Virus record (IMG/VR): IMGVR_UViG_3300001848_000349
Location: 481-64,480 of that record
Length of the DNA stretch: 64,000 nt
Source: a virus
Direction: 5' to 3' (one strand)
How positions within the stretch are numbered: position 1 is the first letter of the stretch; the number at the start of each line of letters is the position of its first letter. The position numbers were made by a program, and so were the translations under genes. Shown piece after piece: positions 60,894-64,000 of this stretch. The notes below the pieces were generated by a model. That model ran no database searches and was not told where the DNA came from. It saw only the letters and a list, made by a program, of their open reading frames with translations.

Positions 60894-61026
60894 AACGACT
60901 CCTCCGTACATTAAGAGACATTACCGTACAATACATCACACTACCTATATTTTTTAACCTATTTTTAATTATAGAGTTTTCCACAGGTTTTTCCACAGGT
61001 AGTTCCGTATCCTGTGGAAAACTATA

Positions 61027-61650
61027 TTATTTCCATCTAGGACCTATAATCCAACCTACGAGAGATTTACGTTGACCTGATTTAATTTTAGTAACTCTAT
61101 GTTTAGTTCTTGAGTCAAAGATAATAAGAGAACCAAGATCTAGGTTAGCAGTTGTCAATTGATCATTTGGTGGAAGAAGTTGTAGATGTCCACCTGTGTA
61201 AGTATTAGGATCAGATAATTGTAAGGAGAAGGATAATTTTCTTGTATATTCTGCTTTAGGAGTAATATAGTCTGATAGGTTAGTTTCTCTCCAAGCAGGA
61301 TATTTTTTATTAGCATAAAGTTCTGTTAGTCCAGAGTCTGTATGCCAACCATAATGATCACCTTGATTGTAGACAGTATATTGCATTTGTCCACCATCTA
61401 GGTTATTGATATCATACTTAAAATTAAGATCATTAGCGAGTCTGATGTAGTAATCAACAAAAGCTGCTATCCAATTTTCTTGTTGAATCCATGCTACTTG
61501 AGTTGAGCGTCTATCTTGTTCAATTGATGGTTGACTACGAAGAATACTAGCAGGTTTGAGGTATGCATCATATTGTTCAAGATGTTGTATCATAATGTTA
61601 ACAACATCTTGAGGTAAATGAGTTTGAATGATGACGTTATTTTCTGCCAT
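61027..61650 (-). CDS. 2OG-Fe(II) oxygenase (prolyl-4-hydroxylase-like, cyanophage type)
   Basis: Y..GDHYGWHTD (HxD), RKLSFSLQL, GG.L.L, HRVTKI..G.RKSLVGW. Confidence 0.9.
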   Translation of the reverse strand: MAENNVIIQTHLPQDVVNIMIQHLEQYDAYLKPASILRSQPSIEQDRRSTQVAWIQQENWIAAFVDYYIRLANDLNFKYDINNLDGGQMQYTVYNQGDHYGWHTDSGLTELYANKKYPAWRETNLSDYITPKAEYTRKLSFSLQLSDPNTYTGGHLQLLPPNDQLTTANLDLGSLIIFDSRTKHRVTKIKSGQRKSLVGWIIGPRWK

Positions 61651-61867
61651 TTTGTTTACGAAGATCTTTGTATTGTTGTTTCAGTTCTCTTTCATTGTAG
61701 AAGAGGATGACTTCATTATCTAGATCACGTAACCATTCTTTGACTTCATCACCTATGGCAATAGCATCATCTTTATTTTTGTTAAGGACACGAAAGAATT
61801 GATCTTGGTATGCTTCTAGGATAGTATCCACTTGATCTGATACTGATAGTTGTTCTTGTTCTGTCAT
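61637..61867 (-). CDS. Hypothetical protein (76 aa)
   Basis: Likely start MTEQEQ at 61867, after the promoter at 61891-61920. Confidence 0.65.
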   Translation of the reverse strand: MTEQEQLSVSDQVDTILEAYQDQFFRVLNKNKDDAIAIGDEVKEWLRDLDNEVILFYNERELKQQYKDLRKQNGRK

Positions 61868-62061
61868 TTGATTTTGGTGTATGGTGGTTGATTGTACACT
61901 GAAACATAGGGTTTTGTCAAGTTTGGGCAGGATTCGTGGAATGTGCCGTTGATGTAACATGCTTTACCTTGTTCGTAGTATTGAATAGGTGGTGGATCAG
62001 GTGGTTGACAGATGAATATACCTTGTAGGCATATATTAATCAGATCAAGTGCTAATCCCAT
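61864..62061 (-). CDS. Hypothetical protein (65 aa), Cys/Pro-rich
   Basis: ORF track; coupled overlaps with neighbours. Confidence 0.5.
   Translation of the reverse strand: MGLALDLINICLQGIFICQPPDPPPIQYYEQGKACYINGTFHESCPNLTKPYVSVYNQPPYTKIK
61891..61920 (-). promoter_or_regulatory. Host-like promoter TTGACA-18-TACAAT without the palindromic operator (possibly middle class)
   Basis: tgtcaa at 61915-61920 and attgta at 61891-61896. Confidence 0.6.
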
Positions 62062-62426
62062 GATACATCTTCAAGCATGAAACCAGGCATGACATATGTT
62101 TTAGGTTGTAGACCACCTGCTGTTCCTACCTTATACTCCCATTTGTATTCAAATTTGTTATGGCTATCCCATGTTACGAAACCTTTTTCTTTATCGAATC
62201 GTGATTTGATTGTGAGAGAGAATCGATTGGAGTAGATATTACGAGTGCGGAGAGCACCGCCTTTTTCTCGTGTTTCAATGACAGTACAGGTATCATCATC
62301 GTATGTCATTGCTTTCTCATTGACAAGATAGCAAAGAGTTTGATATTTAAATGGGCGATAGGTTTGTTCTTCAGCATGTGCTGCCAGTGGTAGCATTGCT
62401 GCAAGTAGAATCAACAGTTTTTTCAT
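62052..62426 (-). CDS. Hypothetical protein with a signal peptide (124 aa)
   Basis: MKKLLILLAAMLPLAAHA-E; classical Sec signal with an AHA cleavage site. Confidence 0.75.
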   Translation of the reverse strand: MKKLLILLAAMLPLAAHAEEQTYRPFKYQTLCYLVNEKAMTYDDDTCTVIETREKGGALRTRNIYSNRFSLTIKSRFDKEKGFVTWDSHNKFEYKWEYKVGTAGGLQPKTYVMPGFMLEDVSWD

Positions 62427-62680
62427 TTTTGAATGACAGTAACGTTATTCAGGAGATGATCATAAGAGATGAATTCACATTTAGTGGGCAATGTGTTGAT
62501 AATTGCCTGTGTGAATTCTTGAGGGAAACTACCATGATATTTCCAGAACAGTTGAAGTTCTCTCTGGGATATAGTGGTACGTGGATACACTTTAAGTGTA
62601 TGTTGCCCTTGTTGAAGAGTAGGGAATGTTTCCAGGAGAGATGTGATATGTGATACTGTAAGATGAGAGAGTTTTGTCAT
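62423..62680 (-). CDS. Hypothetical protein (85 aa)
   Basis: ORF track; ATGA overlaps. Confidence 0.7.
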   Translation of the reverse strand: MTKLSHLTVSHITSLLETFPTLQQGQHTLKVYPRTTISQRELQLFWKYHGSFPQEFTQAIINTLPTKCEFISYDHLLNNVTVIQK

Positions 62681-62913
62681 TTGATGTAGTATGCTTTTTG
62701 TTCGTGAGTTTGAATGAGATCAATTGCTGCTTGATAGATTTTACGAGTAGTGGGAGAAAGATCCAACCATTCAATGGTATCTGCGGAATCCCAATCAACC
62801 CATTCAATCATATGGTCATGTTCATCACGAACAAGATCACAGACAATTGGATTACCGAGTTCATCAACAGCAACTGCTTTGTCTTGAATAACAACATACA
62901 TCAGATTGTACAT
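62677..62913 (-). CDS. Hypothetical protein (78 aa)
   Basis: ORF track; GGAG RBS. Confidence 0.7.
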   Translation of the reverse strand: MYNLMYVVIQDKAVAVDELGNPIVCDLVRDEHDHMIEWVDWDSADTIEWLDLSPTTRKIYQAAIDLIQTHEQKAYYIK

Positions 62914-62963
62914 GATTCTCCTTGAAGAGTGTTACAGTAATTTAGCAGGGAAATGCTGATTTG

Positions 62964-63404
62964 TCAACGAGCGTAAAGATACCCACCAGACCAATCAGCA
63001 TTCTCAAACAACCATTCACGTTGTTCAATGATGCGGAGATCATAGCGAACACCTTTAGCAGGAGACTTCCAGGATGCGGATTTGTACACTTCACCAGTCT
63101 TTTTATCGACAAAAGCATGAACAGAACGGGAAGAACCACCATCAATCATCACGATCTTGTGGTATTTCTTACCAGTCTCAATCACATAATTGATAGGAGA
63201 AGTGCCTTGCTTGAGTTTCTCGATTTGTTGTTTGTGATGCTCAACCGATTCACCTTTGTCAATCAAACGTTGATGACCACGAATAGCATAATCGTGATAG
63301 TTTTGAACGAGAGCATCACAGAGCATATAGGACCATTTGAGCACATTCAGATAAGTGGTGTTCTTAGCGTCCTGTTCAGCAACAAATTGAGCGAAGGAGG
63401 TCAT
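62964..63404 (-). CDS. Phage hypothetical protein (146 aa)
   Basis: KYHKIV...SVHAFVDKKTGEVYKSASWKSPAKGVRYDL motif, which I recall as widespread in T4-like phages; early promoter upstream. Confidence 0.85.
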   Translation of the reverse strand: MTSFAQFVAEQDAKNTTYLNVLKWSYMLCDALVQNYHDYAIRGHQRLIDKGESVEHHKQQIEKLKQGTSPINYVIETGKKYHKIVMIDGGSSRSVHAFVDKKTGEVYKSASWKSPAKGVRYDLRIIEQREWLFENADWSGGYLYAR

Positions 63405-63440
63405 TGGGTTCCTTGTTTGGTATGTAGATATTATAGGGTC

Positions 63441-63581
63441 TCAGAAGTCCTCCAGGAGGTCCAGGGGGACACTTTCGTAACTGTCCTCAAAGATCTGTTC
63501 TTCCAGCTCATCAAAGATACGCTGTCGTACCATTGGATCGTCGTAATTGTCACGATAGTCAAAGTCAGAAAAATAAGTCAT
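63441..63581 (-). CDS. Acidic peptide (46 aa), not in the ORF track
   Basis: MTYFSDFDYRDNYDDPMVRQRIFDELEEQIFEDSYESVPLDLLEDF; ATGA-coupled. Confidence 0.65.
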   Translation of the reverse strand: MTYFSDFDYRDNYDDPMVRQRIFDELEEQIFEDSYESVPLDLLEDF

Positions 63582-63769
63582 GATTCGTGTGAATGATTAC
63601 CTCGTACAAGTTCAAGTTTGTCTAATTGGTCAGGATACACGAGAACACAAACATCTCGTTGTGGATTATTAGTTGGTGAGCGAACACATACAGTCATGTA
63701 TTGTTCACATGTAAAGTTTACTTTACCATACATTCCATCAAAGTAAACCTCTGTCCCTTCTGGCAGCAT
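63578..63769 (-). CDS. Small hypothetical protein (63 aa)
   Basis: Likely start MLPEGTEVYF at 63769; the longer ORF-track version overlaps the upstream gene. Confidence 0.65.
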   Translation of the reverse strand: MLPEGTEVYFDGMYGKVNFTCEQYMTVCVRSPTNNPQRDVCVLVYPDQLDKLELVRGNHSHES

Positions 63770-64000
63770 ATTGTTCTGGAGTAATTGGTTCGTCGTTGAC
63801 GGAGACTCCTGTGGCATCTGGGTAGGCACTGTTGGCGAAATACTGGGCTTGGACATGATTATTAGCGATCACATAGTAGTCTACATGGAGTACAGTTGGA
63901 GCGTCATCAGGAGCATCCTGTAATGGTAAATCAAGTTCAACAAGATATACTCTACCATTATTGAGGTGAGTATCAAAATCAATGATTATATCAGCAGTCA
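63738..64000 (-). CDS. Hypothetical protein (about 87 aa), start at or beyond the window edge
   Basis: (M)TADIIIDFDTHLNNGRVYLVELDLPLQDAPDD...AARRDRGLL. Confidence 0.6.
   Translation of the reverse strand, partial: TADIIIDFDTHLNNGRVYLVELDLPLQDAPDDAPTVLHVDYYVIANNHVQAQYFANSAYPDATGVSVNDEPITPEQYAARRDRGLL

Larger units (their letters stand above)
60717..61021. other. Cluster of six perfect DnaA boxes (TTTTCCACA); candidate replication origin or DnaA-binding locus
   Basis: Boxes at 60717-25(-), 60730-38(+), 60752-60(-), 60977-85(+), 60989-97(+), 61013-21(-), with AT-rich flanks. Confidence 0.7.
56681..63487. promoter_or_regulatory. Family of 10 dispersed bipartite early-promoter operators, (G/T)(G/T)G(A/C)CAC-N8-(G/C)TG(G/T)CAC, 30-32 nt upstream of a -10 box
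   Basis: Copies start at 56681, 56888, 57093, 57362, 57866, 58107, 59011, 60148, 60835 and 63466; -10 boxes TAGACT, TATTGT, CATACT, TAAGAC, TATAAT. Confidence 0.8.

Noticed and set aside
60884-61075. 63-aa + strand ORF and the 73-aa ORF at 60650-60871
   Set aside because: They start upstream of the predicted TSSs or span the promoters, and merely translate the DnaA boxes and A-tracts.
1-64000. tRNA/rRNA genes, introns, inteins, homing endonucleases, integrase or transposase
   Set aside because: No cloverleaf or catalytic motifs recognised and the large ORFs are uninterrupted; a tRNAscan/Infernal run would be needed to exclude small RNAs firmly.

Overview
Fragment of a T4-like cyanomyovirus (Kyanoviridae-type cyanophage) genome; essentially all genes are on the minus strand. 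Reading in the direction of transcription (right to left): (i) 56.2-64 kb is an early/hypervariable region of about 30 small genes, including an ArdA-like anti-restriction protein, a 2OG-Fe(II) oxygenase and a KTSC-like protein. Its sigma70-like promoters carry a repeated bipartite palindromic operator. A non-coding locus at 60.65-61.02 kb has six perfect cyanobacterial DnaA boxes around divergent promoters (candidate origin or DnaA sink). (ii) 1-56 kb is the late virion module driven by T4-type TATAAATA promoters: PAAR-like tip, gp25, gp6, gp7, gp8, DUF4815/VrlC-like protein, a 3755-aa fibre, a 6875-aa giant fibre, small accessory genes, the bilin lyase cpeT and the 5' end of neck gene gp13. 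The most striking feature is the 6875-aa fibre. Its 13 helical repeat domains are not tandem but nested like balanced brackets (a branched 'matryoshka' tree), and the whole tree is inserted into one loop of a beta-helix that is intact at that point in the neighbouring fibre. All calls come from reading the sequence and recalling family motifs; no database searches or structure predictions were run.
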